Program-made: the position numbers and the translations under genes
In this document: one piece after another, positions 39,601 to 52,065 of the stretch
How the letters are laid out: every line of letters starts with the position of its first letter
Numbering within the stretch: position 1 is the first letter of the stretch
Notes under the pieces: generated by a model
Database searches by the model: none
Seen by the model: only the letters and a program-made list of their open reading frames with translations
What the model was told of the DNA's origin: nothing
Source of the DNA: Pavona decussata
Taxonomy: Eukaryota
DNA length: 64,000 nt
NCBI GenBank assembly: GCA_977016875.1
Contig: CDRNST010000096.1
Location: 248,001 to 312,000 of the forward strand
Reading direction: 5' to 3'

Positions 39601-41018
39601 TAAAGTTGAACGGTCAGCCCTTATTAGTGACATCGAATATGGAGGACTTAAAGCCCCACATCTAGATTCCATAATTAAAGCTCAAAGAATAATGTGCTGT
39701 AAAAAATTTGCATCTGTTGAGCCAAGAGGCTGGAAAACTATTCTCTTGCACTATCTCAGACCTGTTGGTGGTAAACTTATCCTTGACTGCAACTTTGATG
39801 TAACGAAATTACCTATCAAACTCCCACCCTTCTATGAAGACTGTCTAAAATGCTTTGCCAAATGCTCTGTAGAAAACCAAGACAGCTTACAATATTATGA
39901 AGATGCCAATCTCTCAAGGATTATATTATGGAATAACAAATTCATTCGTATTAATGGAAAATCAGTATACAATAGTAGGTTAGCCAATGCAGGCATAATT
40001 AGATTAGGGGATTTAATTACAGAGAACAATGATCTTGTCACAAATTCTAGAGTAAGGGAGCTTAATATGTCACCATTAGATGCTTTTAATATTGCTTCTT
40101 TGATTGACGCACTCCCGGTACAATGGCGTCAATCCTTAAGAACCTGTACGTCTACTATTAATGAGCCTTTCATTTTAGAAAATTACATTCTCCTATCTTT
40201 AAATGGACAGAATATTTCAATAAGTAAAGCTGTGTCAAATATTATATATAAAGAACTACGAGATAGAATCATTACTCCACTGACTGCTCAATTTAAATAT
40301 AACGTTCAATTTGCAGATGACGAGTTAGATTGGAGAAAGACATACAGCTTACCACACCGGGTGGCGCTGGATACTAAGTCGCGCAAATTTCAGTACAAAC
40401 TTCTAAACAGGTGTCTCGCCACGAACGTGTTCCTTAGTAAAATCAGCATTGTAGCATCTCCGCTGTGCCTTTTCTGTGGTGTAATGGACGAATCCCTCGA
40501 ACATATTTTTGTATCTTGTCACTATACTGAGAAGTTTTGGGCGGAAGTTATAAAATGGTTAGGCGATCATGATGTTAGAATAGAATTGCTTTCTGTTAAA
40601 GACATAGTGTTAGGTATTTTAGTGTGTAAAGATGATCTGTTTATTAATCACATACTGTTACTTGCGAAACGGCATATATACTCATCACGATGCAAAAAAG
40701 TGTTCACTGCGAAGATTAAGTTCGTTTTCCAGCTTGAGACAACAATTGCCGGATCAAAAAATAAACTCCCCATCCATCTCGTAAAATGGGGCAAATACAA
40801 TAAGGAGAACGAATCAAGTTAGCTTTATCTTTCCTTCAATATAAATCATTGTAAGAATTTTAATTTACTTCACCTTTTCCCAAGAGATATGTTATGATAG
40901 TTTGCAATGGGTGTTTTGAGGTCCTTGTGTACAAATGTGTGTGTGTGTACAATTTAGTTTAAAAACAACTGTAATCCTATTACATTGAAATAAAAACTAT
41001 TAAAATACAAAAAAAAAT
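36660..41018 (+). mobile_element. L1/Tx1 LINE, near complete (ORF1 3' half, ORF2, poly-A)
   Basis: ORF1 NRRENLRFLAIPE...QRVHR..PIIARF; ORF2 SLNCRG, FLQET; AATAAA near 40988 and A-tail to 41018. Confidence 0.92.
37510..40822 (+). pseudogene. L1/Tx1 ORF2 (endonuclease-RT-zinc finger), 850-aa open portion 38270-40822
   Basis: NKSPGNDG, NWRPISL, IDFKKAFD, GVRQGDPLS, LFADD, CLFC..ESLEHIFVSC; stop at 38110-38112 and internal endonuclease deletion. Confidence 0.93.
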
Positions 41019-43129
41019 GCGGTAGCCATTACTTGCGAGCTGTTTACAAATTAAATGCTTTCTTTCCAACACAATAGATAAATATTCCTTATTTTACGAA
41101 TTTTAACCTTTACACAGATACATTAATAGTTACCACAGAACAAATATTTTTGGCGAGCTTAATTTTTTGATCCACAAGTATTTTATACTCTCAAACGTCA
41201 TCAGAATTGAGTACTGTAATCTTGCATGGTCGACAATAACAGCTGGTTCAAAACATTTTCCGCTGACACGTAAACGGTTTGGTTTATAAAAAATATTTGC
41301 TAGCAAATAGAATTTTTAATGTTTTCTTGTAGTGCTTTGTTTATACTGTTAGGTGACAAGAATTTTGGTCACAACATTACACAACCACGTGCTGGTTTCA
41401 CGTGGAGGGCTAGAAAGTTATCAATTGTTATCGCCCCCCTGTTGGGGTGTTATTAGACGTGTGACGTGCCATGCAGCATTCATTCGCTTCTACTCGTCGA
41501 GGGTCAGAGTTTTTTTTCAAAGTAAACGAGCTGCAGGAAAAGCGATTGTAATTGGCACTGCAGGAAACATAAATGCACTTAAGATTTATAAAGATATACA
41601 TATTAAACTCCAGAAAGGATGAGGAATTTGTAACGTTATTAAGTGTTATTACATTCATAAAATCAACAGACTTGCATGTATGTAAATGCTATCAAAAATA
41701 AATTGTGGAGCTCTGCTTTCAGGCTTGGCTAAATATATATATATATTTTATAATAACGTTACAGAATGATGTATTATTCTGCAAAAGTTTCAATACCAAG
41801 ATTAACTGTGTATACAATTATGTGATTATTCTTTTTTTTTGTTGTTGTTGTTGTAAAAAAATAACAAATAAACGTCTTCAGATTCACACGTGGTGATTTA
41901 AATGATTACATTCGGTGTTTGCTTTTGAAAACTGAAGTCAGCAAATCAGGAGACACCACCACCTTGTTTCTCTAACCAGAGTTTCTCAATAAGAACCCCT
42001 CTTATGAGGCGGTCCCCAGTATCCGTATCGGGAATCTAGTGCTTGGTTGACGTTTATTTTTAATAAATTCGATGTGACTTAGATTCCACATTTGCCCCAG
42101 GCCTTAGTTAGTTTGCCCCAGGCCTTAGATGCTGGCCCATTCTGGACAAGGCATCTCCTGTAACCGAGAAAAGTGCCTTCATGCTTCCCTAAACTAACCC
42201 TAATAATACAGATACCAATTTTAAGGTTCAGGAATTGCTGTCGACGCATCTAAACTAAAGTGAGATTTACTATGGCATTATTAACCATGGGTAATGCTAT
42301 TTACCATGGTGTGCTTAGGTGACCTTGTTGGCACCTTAGTACTGTCTCTGGTATTTTGGTATATACCAAAACAGTACCATACGTTTGTTAGAAATTTATT
42401 ATGTACAAAAAATGGTATAAAATTTGACTGTCCATATAACAGATTTTGCCTAGAAGGCACAAATGCAAAATTAATAATGCAAACACAAAGATGAAATTTA
42501 CCAAGCACTGGTAGTATTTCACACTCTTTAGAACAGGGTATTGGGAAAAATACTGTCTCATAATTTTGTAGGTTTGGTTCATTTTCTTCTCTTTAGTACA
42601 AACTAATATGGTGTAAATTGAGGATATATCTTGACTAGTCCCAGGAGGAAAACTTTCCTGCATAATAGTCTCTGCATGTCTGCACGAAGGTGCAGTCAAT
42701 GCACATGTACAAGTTATGTTTAAAAAAATTGCTCGATAATAGTACTATAATCATTTAATAACGCAGACAAAATAGGATTGCCACAAGACCTTTTTGACTC
42801 ACAGTCAGTGATAGTTACATTAGATAATTTTGCGAGTTCCTGAGTTGGGTCCTTTGTATGAAGAGAGCATTTGAAAAACTTGAGGCAATTGATTGTCAAA
42901 ATCATTCACAAGCAGTTAGTTTGGTTTTTTTAAACTTGAGTATCTTCCATGTAGCACGAAAATTTTGTAGATTGGTGATTTTTTGTGGTTTGCGGGAACA
43001 GATTTTTGGGGTTCAATATGACTAAAATTTCTGCTGGGAACTAATTTTTGTGATTCTGTGTTCAAGGAGCAAAACATTTAAATGAAAGAGACCTTTAGAG
43101 TGTAAAATACCTATTAGGAGCAGAATAAT

Positions 43130-43410
43130 AATGATGTGCAAGGAATACTAGAGAAGCATAACATCACAGAAGTCGTTGTACCAGCAGATACTGCTGCGTT
43201 AACCAACCCCTTGATGTCTCAGTTAACCATCCCTGTAAACATTTCATGAGAGAAATATTTCAAGGATGGTATGCTGGACAAGTTGAGAGGAAGATAAACG
43301 CTGAGCAAAACACCAGTGACATTGCAATTGATATCCACATTCCAGTTACTTATGCGTAAGCTCACCTTGCATTGGCTGATCGATGTTAATCAGTACATCA
43401 TGAGAGGCTT
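43130..43410 (+). pseudogene. pogo/Tigger DDE_1 transposase fragment
   Basis: VVVPA...QPLDVSVNHPCKHFMREIFQGWYA. Confidence 0.7.
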
Positions 43411-44639
43411 AGGCCCCTAAAAAAATTCGCCCCATGAGGTATTCCTGAGGAGCTAAATCCTGTCAATCATTTTCTATAAGTTGCAATATTGATTGACATC
43501 AGTAGTCAAAATATCAATTAACACTATTTAAAAAATAAACACTTAATCTTCAAAGGTAATCGAAGGGAAGCCGGTCCGGCGGGTTTTGAACTGAAACCGG
43601 TACGAGGACTAAGTAGGAAAGAGGATTTTCATTTGTTTTTGAAATTTCAGAAATTGGAATTAGATAAATTCAAAATGTAAATTGTTGTCTCTCGCCTCTG
43701 TCTGTTCCTTGATGCCTTATGGCCTTCCAGTAAAAAAACCAGTACATGAAAGAAAAGAAAAGATCATTTTCACAGCAAAGCAATGGAGAGTTGGTTAGGT
43801 CGCCGGTCGGAGTTGATAACATTTTGGCGACCTCGCCCGTGCGATCATTTAATTACCGTTGACTCACAGAAACCCAACTGTCGATACAGAACTGTATCTC
43901 AAAATTAGCTTAGATTTGTTTTCCGTCATTGTTATTTTCGCACAAATTTTATTCTGTTAAAGATCACTTTCTATAATAATTATGCATAAGCATTTATAAG
44001 CTTATCGATGAACCAGAGAATGCCGCGTGCGCCAAAACCGTTGCGTTTGTTACCAGACTGCAGTAGACATCTGATACTTTTCTGACTGCTTTTATTCGAA
44101 GTACAGTGTATGTGATCAAGGACAAGAAATAAAGAAGGTTTAATAGTTTACTGAACATTTAATGTTTTACTGGAGCGGGAATTTCAATTCATAAAACACG
44201 ATGTGTTTGACAAGATTGTCAATCGATGTGGTTGCACAATAGAGGTGCCTTCGCCTTTATTGCCGCCAACGACTTGGGAACTCTGTAGAGTTACCGGCCC
44301 ATCACTGGACAACAACAAACACTGGTATGTGCTCACGAAGAGTCTGTGTGGATGCAGACCAAAAGATTTCGCCACAATCGAAATTTTCTGTCGATTTCCA
44401 GGCAAAATTCAGCTTGTAGAAATGCGAGAACTTTACCCCGCCACCAAGAAGTATTATCACAAGAACACCCGTAACATATATGTAGCCAGCTGGTTTGGTC
44501 TTTCTGCCGCATTATTGAGGCAGCGAGAGTTCCCCCAAAGCGGATTCGTAGGATCTCTGGAATTTGCTGCTGTTCAAGATGCCATGAACTAATAATAAAA
44601 AAATAATAAAAATAAAAAAAAATAAAAAAAAAAGATGCC

Positions 44640-45900
44640 ATGAACTGTGTTATCCTCGGGTCGCAAACAAGTTTAGGCGGGAAGTATTCAATTTTAGGCG
44701 CGCGTAAGGCAGATTTACCATTTCAGGCTGTGGATGCACAGATGTAAAGTTGGAAAGCTCGTTTTGAAGCAGCACATCAAGAACTTTTAAAGTTAAGATC
44801 AAGAATCTCTGAATTAGAGGCAGAAATCGCGGTGCTTGAAAAAGATTTGAGTCCTTCAAGATTGCCTGAGGAATGCTGCACAACTTCATTGTCCTCTGAC
44901 GGTTCATCTCCGGTTTCCTCGTGCTCTTCGTCGAGTATTGATGACATAAAGGAAAGCCCACTTGGATCCACCTCTAAGAAAAGGAAAGTGGCAGTTCACT
45001 GCAGATGGATCATAACGGATCTGGATGGTGTTTGTGAAAAATATCACGAATCTCTTGCTTGTGTTTTGGGGAACAGTTTCCTGTATGGGAATGAAGATGA
45101 GAAGAAAGCTGTGTCTCAAACTGTTTCAGATATTCTAAATCTTGCGATGGATTCCAAGGGATCTAACAAGGGAATCTCTGACCTTCTTCTGCCGGAAACA
45201 CACCAGCAGTTTTTGGAAAGCATGCAAGTGCCAGACTGGGTACTTTTGTATTTTAAGATTCAAGCCAAACTCCCAGATGCTGCTTGGCAGACTTTGCTTA
45301 ATCTTAAACAGCTTGGAAGGAGTAGGGTACTTAGAATTTTTGTTTTTTTAATTTTATGGGTGTGTGTGGCAGTGGATCCTCACCTTTCAAAAGTACTATT
45401 TTCTCTAGGCTCTGATTGTTCTATTGTTTGCTGTTCTTTTGTCATCCGCTCAACCCACCATGTAAAATGGTGTAGGTCGCCCGGGTGTTGGTGGGTGTGT
45501 GTATGTGGAGGGGGGAGGGGAGGGGGGATATTTAGGAGTGTCAGTTATCGGCTCTTCAGACCTTGTGTACCTGATTTGATGTCTATGACAAACACCTTTT
45601 CTTAAAGTGTCCAAGTCTTACTGTTGGGTACAAAATAGCACATAATGCAGTGTTTGTAGTATTTAATAATAATAATATGAAATATATTTTGCAGCGTTCA
45701 AGTGACACAGCAGTATTATTGACAAAAAATGAGATAAAGGCAGTCAAGAAAATGGTTTTCTTAGTCGTGCGACAAACACTGAAGATAAAAAAGATGAATA
45801 CTGACTTTCATGCCTGGGCAATCAGAGAGCAGCGCCTAGTTTCATCTGACCAGGAAACCATGGAATTTAATATTAAACTCGATGGTTGTCCACTGGGAGG
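44640..45900 (+). pseudogene. Unclassified spliced coding remnant, possible DDE transposase N-terminus
   Basis: ORF 44832 (VPDWVLLYFK..LPDAAWQTLLNL) plus a further exon at about 45695-45900 ending MEFNIKLDGCPLGG before GT. Confidence 0.35.
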
Positions 45901-46180
45901 TAGTGTGCAACTTTCATTATTGTTTCCATTCATTTACTCAAAAACTTTAGCAGTGTCAGCTGGAATATATATCATCCTTTGAAAATCAGCAATAGCCCAC
46001 AGAGAAAGGAAACCGTTTTGTTAAATATCACATACAAACTGTTGAACAGAGTAGGAAAATGTTTATCAGGGAAATTGTTTTTCCGAATTGACTGTACATG
46101 TGTTAGACTGTTAGGTTTAAAGAGTTCGATAAAAATTTTGAAAGTACAAGATGCGTATGCTTGAATTCATTATCATTATA

Positions 46181-46563
46181 CCGTAAAATAGCGGCTATAA
46201 GGCCCTGGGCTTATACAATTCCACAAGGGCTTTTGAGTGGGCTTTTATCTGGCAGGGCTTAAAAGTGGAATAAAAAAACTTGTTTCAAAACAAGCTGATA
46301 AGAAAACATAGTTTATTTCACTTCAAGACCAAACCAGAGCATAACAAAATATGATCAAACTTTGATTTCAGATAGTACAAAATTCATTCATTCTCTGCTT
46401 GTTCTGACTCTTTTGTGAATGTGATTTTATAAAGGCTTCAAGTCAAAGAAGGGGTGTGAGTTGGGATATTGATAAAGGAATACAGTAATTTTTTAGGGGT
46501 GTGGTGTTTGCATAAAGATGGGCCTATGAGTGGTAGGGGGGGCTTATAACTGAGTTTTTACGG
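46181..46563. mobile_element. Tc1/mariner-pogo-type MITE (TA TSD)
   Basis: ta|ccgtaaaa..tataag.ccc ... gggcttataa..ttttacgg|ta. Confidence 0.75.
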
Positions 46564-46639
46564 TATTATATTTATTGATTTATAATTTCCTAGTGGACAA
46601 TTGAGCAGCTGTTTGCATGCAGTGATTTACTGATACATT

Positions 46640-46750
46640 AGTATGGAGAGGGAAGTAGGTAACAAGTTACCTTTCTCGGATGTCTTGGTCAACAACAACC
46701 CTCTTAATCTCTTGACATCTATTTTCCGTAAGAAAACTTTCACGGGGCTC
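46640..46750 (+). pseudogene. Penelope-like RT C-terminal fragment
   Basis: MEREVGNKLPFSDVLV...TSIFRKKTFTGL. Confidence 0.65.
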
Positions 46751-47510
46751 CCTTTTTGCATGACAGGGCATGGCAGACGGTATACTTCTGACAACAAACA
46801 CAATTACTTGGTAAATCAGACAGGCGAACATTAAATGTAGAGACTCTCTGAATTCTTGTTTATTCAGCACTAAGCCTTGATCAACAAGAGGCACTGCGGT
46901 AAGCCATGAGCTCGCACCCTTGTCTATCGATTGGTCAACTGACCACAGCAGAGTTGGCGTGATGTCCCACGACTTTGCCGACATAACGACATTAAGATTT
47001 AGATTTAGATTTAGGTCCGAGGGTAGGGTGGAATCAATAACTTCCATTCTGGATTTCACTGACGCAATATTCAAAGCTTGATGTTGTCTTTTTAACTCCT
47101 CCGTGGACTTCTCGCCTCCCACCATGAACATGCTCTGTGTGGTAATAGAATCTACGTGCGATGCTGTTATTATTATAGAAGCAGCAAACTGCTGTGGAGC
47201 TTCAACCCCCTAAGTCAGGTATGCCTAGTCCTCCTTTAGCGGGTGTCAAAGTTACAAGCTCACGCAGATCGCTAGGGTGGGGCTCTGTTTGACCGAATGT
47301 TGGGAGGAGTAAGTCGTTGATCGCCTCTTGAATAGGGTCAACCTAATCTTCAAACGACTCTATTGTGCGCATGAAATAGGTAAACTTGGATTTGTAACCC
47401 TTTGTGAAAACAGTGTAGGCTGCATGAGGCTGGCTCCTTCCTATCTTAGATAGGGCTTTGAGTCCTCCTTTCCATCCAAGGACCTTTTCCTGACAATATT
47501 GATCTGACAG
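46751..47510 (-). pseudogene. CRE-clade (RLE-type) non-LTR retrotransposon fragment
   Basis: QPHAAYTVF..KFTYFMRT; GGLG; KGASSWLTAVPL..GLVLNKQEFR. Confidence 0.7.
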
Positions 47511-47515
47511 GGACT

Positions 47516-49110
47516 TTGACAAACCGTTCAAACAAAGAAAAAGACACATTCAGACAGCTTATCCAAAAAAGCAATCATGTCAAGAATAAAGTCCTCACCC
47601 TAAGCAACACTAATTTGACCACCAAGTTGACCGTCCAAGTGATTGCCTCTTTGAAAGTAAAAGAAAAAGATGGCATTGGGCTGATAGCGGAAAACATGCA
47701 AGAAATCATTAAGTATGGGCATTCATGGCGAAAAGTCTATAGCATGTGTTTGTGTGAGGGAAACGTTTTCTTGTCACATTGCGAGGGAATCAGCAAAGTT
47801 TCTTTAGAAAAAGTAGAGTGTAATGCCGTAGTTGAACTGAATGATCAGCCATGCATGTTGACTAGGTTTGGCTCACAAATTCTTAACCAAAGTAACCAAA
47901 AGCAGGCAACTGTGTGAAAGATCAAAACAGATGGAGAGATAGAAGTTTTTGCCAGCTGCGAAAGAAAGGAAGAGAATGTTGATGGAAAAGTGAATGATTG
48001 CCGGTTTCGACAACCGACGGGCATTTGCATGGAGTCTGAAAGAGTCACTTACATCTGTAATGCCCAGACAAATTCCATGCAGATCTGCACTGAAATGGTC
48101 CGGTGTGCTGAATTTCTTAACTTCATTGATCAGCTTTTTTACCCTTTTTCTATCCATTCCAAAGGAGGATCCATTGATCAGTTTTTTTACCCTTTTTCCA
48201 TCCATTCCGAAGGAGGAAGTTACCCTATTAAGTCTGCCGATGAAGAGCTCTCACTTGTCCACCAATGCAAAGAGCTTCTGGACAGGAACACCAACGATAC
48301 CAGGATGAGAACTGGCATTACAGGCGCAATTAATGAACCTCAGCGTCATGTTTCTACCAACACTGTGGCCTCAGTTGCTCTTCTTGAATTGGGGCTGCAG
48401 AGATTGTATGATAATTTACAACCACTCAATTACAGTATAACAAATCTCCTGTATGACGTATGACACTGGACGTAGAAAATTGTCACTCCATTGTGCACGT
48501 CAAACAGGTGAGCATGTCCATAGTGGAATATAGTACATCCTCTGGACTAACAATGAAAGAATCTGTTAAAAGGGTAACACAATGGGTGGTGTATTACAAC
48601 ACAAGTTGAACCAGAAATTGGTACCCGAAACCAGAGGAGACAATACCGTTTTCAAAAGTGCCTTCAATGAAACCAGTCCCCATTGTCGAAAGCAAATTGA
48701 AACATCATGTGGGATTGTGCTTCAGTGTATGGAGCTGCAGTACGAAAGTGCAGTGTAGTGCTGTATAGTGCACCAAGAGACAACAATGGCGAGGCATGGT
48801 ACTCTACCAGAGTTCATGTATCGAGAACACTATATCAATCTTGACAAACCAACTGATCTCTTCAAGGAGGTTAACCAAGATGTACAGGTACCTGGAGGAC
48901 CTGGAGAGGACAATCGAACTGAAGAACAACCCGTAGACGAATCTGGAGAAGAGCCTGAGCCGACGAAAGCAGTGAGGAGGATAATGAAGGAGCCAGCAAC
49001 GAAACCTTAAATTACTTTGAAGGAGAAATTGGGAGCTCGACAACCTTTCTGCTAGGGATAAGGTCACCCTTTGGAAGAGCCATTCGATTCAACAATCGCC
49101 TTCTTTCATG
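47516..49110 (+). pseudogene. Unclassified NHL-repeat-containing coding remnant
   Basis: 47516-48463 is one frame through a single TGA (EVFASC...VDGKVNDCRFRQPTGICMESERVTYICN); then MTLDVENCHS...WYPKPE...QETTMARHGTLPEF. Confidence 0.5.
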
Positions 49111-49619
49111 AAATATGTTCCTTTCATAGTGGTCTGAAAATGTCATAAAATACCGTGTTCATCCGTGTATAATGCACACTTTTTCCGACTTTTACTGTTC
49201 GAAATTTAGGCTGTTCATTATACACTAAAAATATTGTGCAGTGTAGGTGTCTCATCTACTTTTTCTTGCGGTGATTGTTTATATTTTTGCGGTGCTACAG
49301 TATTCAGAGCCCCCAAATGACCCCTCTACTGGAACATGGAAAGCAAGGAGAAAGAAATTTTGTTTGTTAAACAGAGGAAAATAACAAGTAATTCAAGGCA
49401 AGCAATAGGTATTGTAGTGTCATGAATAACAATTTGATGTGTTAATGAGCTGGAATGTATAAAGCGCGAGAATGTGTCATGTGCGGAAATGTGTGGATTA
49501 CATTTATGAATAATTATGTGTCAACGGTATATAAGTTAGAGTGAATTATCATTAAAGTTGTTCTAGTTGTGATCTCTAAACCGACATACCTGAGACTCTA
49601 CAGGTATTACACACAATGA

Positions 49620-49985
49620 CTTGGATTCCTGTATATTCCTGTATAAGGTGCTTTCAAAAAAAGGTCTTAAAGAAAGAAAAATATACCATTCATAATTTTT
49701 TACAGGAAAAAAGTCCTTTGATACTAAAGAGCATCCCAAGTGAAATCCCCTCAAAACCGAAATCTCTAGAGGAACTTGAACAAATCTTATTGCTCAATGC
49801 ATCGTTCTCGCAAAAAAAATAGTTGTTATGCCCAACAGCGATGGCAAATTAAAGGCGCTATTTTTAATGTCCCTGTAGATTGTGATCAGCCGTGAAATGT
49901 TTTGCCTAGACCCCTGTTATGTTATTATGTTAAAACTAAAAATAAAGCTTGCATTTAGAGGTCGTGTCTATAACAGTCAATATTA
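49620..49985 (+). pseudogene. Helitron-associated DUF6570-like fragment
   Basis: With frameshifts: LEQILIAQ..KIVVMP..IKGAIFNVPVD..NVLPRP..IMLKLKIKLAFRGRV. Confidence 0.55.
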
Positions 49986-50369
49986 AAAAAAAACATTGAC
50001 ACAAATGTCACTGAATTACAGCCGCCAACTAGTCCACAAAATGATTGCAAAGTGCCTGGCATCAGTGATGTACCTTACCACCAGAAAGCAACAGGTGATC
50101 ATTGAATGAATTTAGAGCACCCTCTGTTAATATATGCTTCAAGTCAGTTCTACTAGATTATCCTATAATTGTAGAACAAAATAGCAGTTACTAAAATTCG
50201 TAATGAGGCCTTTTATCATTTACATAATATAAGGTGTATTAAGAAGTATTTTTCTCGTGATTCTTTATTGACACTTATTCATGCATTTATTACTAATCGC
50301 TCAGACTGTATGGTTTACCCAAGTCACAGATTGTTAAATTTCACCATTTTCAGCGAGACTTGCTATGAA

Positions 50370-50515
50370 TATGAACATCGGCAAGTATTCTCATATTACA
50401 CCAGCACTTCATGATCTTCACTAGCTACCAGTACACGATCGTATTCATTTTAAGATATTAGCCTCAGCTTTAAAGGAAATTGACCAGTTAGCGCCACCAT
50501 ATATTAGTGATTTAT
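50370..50515 (+). pseudogene. L2 LINE 3' coding fragment
   Basis: KYSHITPALHDLH*LPVHDRIHFKIL...LAPPYISDL. Confidence 0.65.
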
Positions 50516-51709
50516 ACATTAAAAATACATTATTTCTGGAGAAATTGAGAAACTCTTAGCAAAATCTGTGCCAACACACCCCCAACACAGAACGCACCTC
50601 AGATTTGAGCTTAAAGGTACTCGTTGTGGTACTCGGTTGTCTGGATTCAATTCCAATGCCTGGCATTTTGCCAGCTAACATTGCAGACCTGAAGAGACAA
50701 GTTCCTGAAACCCCGTTAGATGGACTATTGCAGCCACTCCAACAAGTAGCATCCCATACGACCCCATGCTAGTCTGACCCAAGTCAAGTGATAGCTCAGC
50801 AACATGATGGATGGCAGTGCCCAGGCACATCAATGTCAGGAACCTCAGAAATGTTTCTAAAGCCAGCCAGGTCTGCTGAAATGGAAGGAGATGGAAATGA
50901 AATTGAAACCAGTCTGAGGGAAAATAACTGCACTTCAAATATCTAACAAAGCAACATACACAGTGATATGTTCAAAGGCCATTAAAAGTGCACGGCATCC
51001 CAAAGCCAAGTGTGTGATGAAGAAGAGGAGTACCTTCAGGAGGCAACAAAAGAAAGTACGGCCAGAGAGTTCCAAGAGTGAAGGTCAACAAGAACTATTA
51101 GTTGTCTGATTTTAGGCATAAATCATGGTATTCGACCATATTTTTAATCTACATGTGTTCCAAACCTTTTCCTTCTTTGCTACTCTTTAATTTATTTCTG
51201 ACTAGGTTGATAGCCAAGATCCCTTGTTACTTGTGTCCTTCCTTCCCTCCTTTTCTTGTTTTGTTGTTGTTTTTGGGCTAACCATATGTTGTTGCATAAA
51301 ATTCCAGAAAACTAATAAACCTACTCTAAATAATTGATCCACAGTTTATATAGGGCATCACATTAAGCGGGTGTGGATTCTAAAGTTTGTAATACAAATT
51401 TGACACCATCAGCGCTTATTCATAACGTCAACAAATCAAAATGCGTGCAAGCCAGAAAAAAGTCACATTGAAACCTTCTAAATTCATGGGCTATTAAAGT
51501 GGATTTCTCTGCCAGGCTAAATGCAGCTGTAACTGGTTACAGGAAGCTGAAACCTTGACAGTGTTTTGCTTTCCTTTATGGTTTCACTTGTTCTTCGCAG
51601 GCTTGATAACAGTTCAAAGATAGGTTAGGACCTCCTTCCTTACATGTAGAGTGCTATTTGAGACTCACTTCGGTGCTCAAGGTTAAAATATTAGAGGAAT
51701 TTAGAATTT

Positions 51710-51952
51710 TTTCTTGAAATCCCGTGTGATTTCTCGAACAAGATGCTGGAATGGAAGCTTGTCGATCAGCAATTCCCCTCGATTTCTGATAAGGACGGAT
51801 TTCTCAAAGAGCCACTGTACTGGGCCTGTAACTGTGAGGTTTCTTCATGCTGCCAGTAGCTGGAGCACTTTTCCACACGACCTTGGTGGCTACCTGTTTG
51901 CGAGGAGCTTTTCCACAGGTTGACTTTGGAGCTGTTTGCTTGGTACGAGCAT
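51710..51952 (-). pseudogene. H3: Histone H3 pseudogene (about residues 1-80)
   Basis: [23 protein letters not shown]...[42 protein letters not shown]; 1-bp loss after the ATG, internal TGA, 3'-truncated. Confidence 0.93.
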
Positions 51953-52065
51953 GACTTCTAACAATGATCACAAAGACTAATTCGATCAAAAAAATTTGTC
52001 AACACAGGAGCAGAACTTGAGCTATCAAGTTGTTTTCAATTTAACTTGAAATTTAACAGGCAAAA

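Noticed and set aside
42186-42203. Telomere-like ccctaa repeats
   Set aside because: Only two imperfect units
42281-42905. Hydrophobic minus-strand ORFs suggesting a membrane protein
   Set aside because: Explained by AT-rich composition; no family motif recognised
44203-44592. 129-aa Cys-containing ORF
   Set aside because: No recognisable domain; may be upstream sequence of the 44640 remnant
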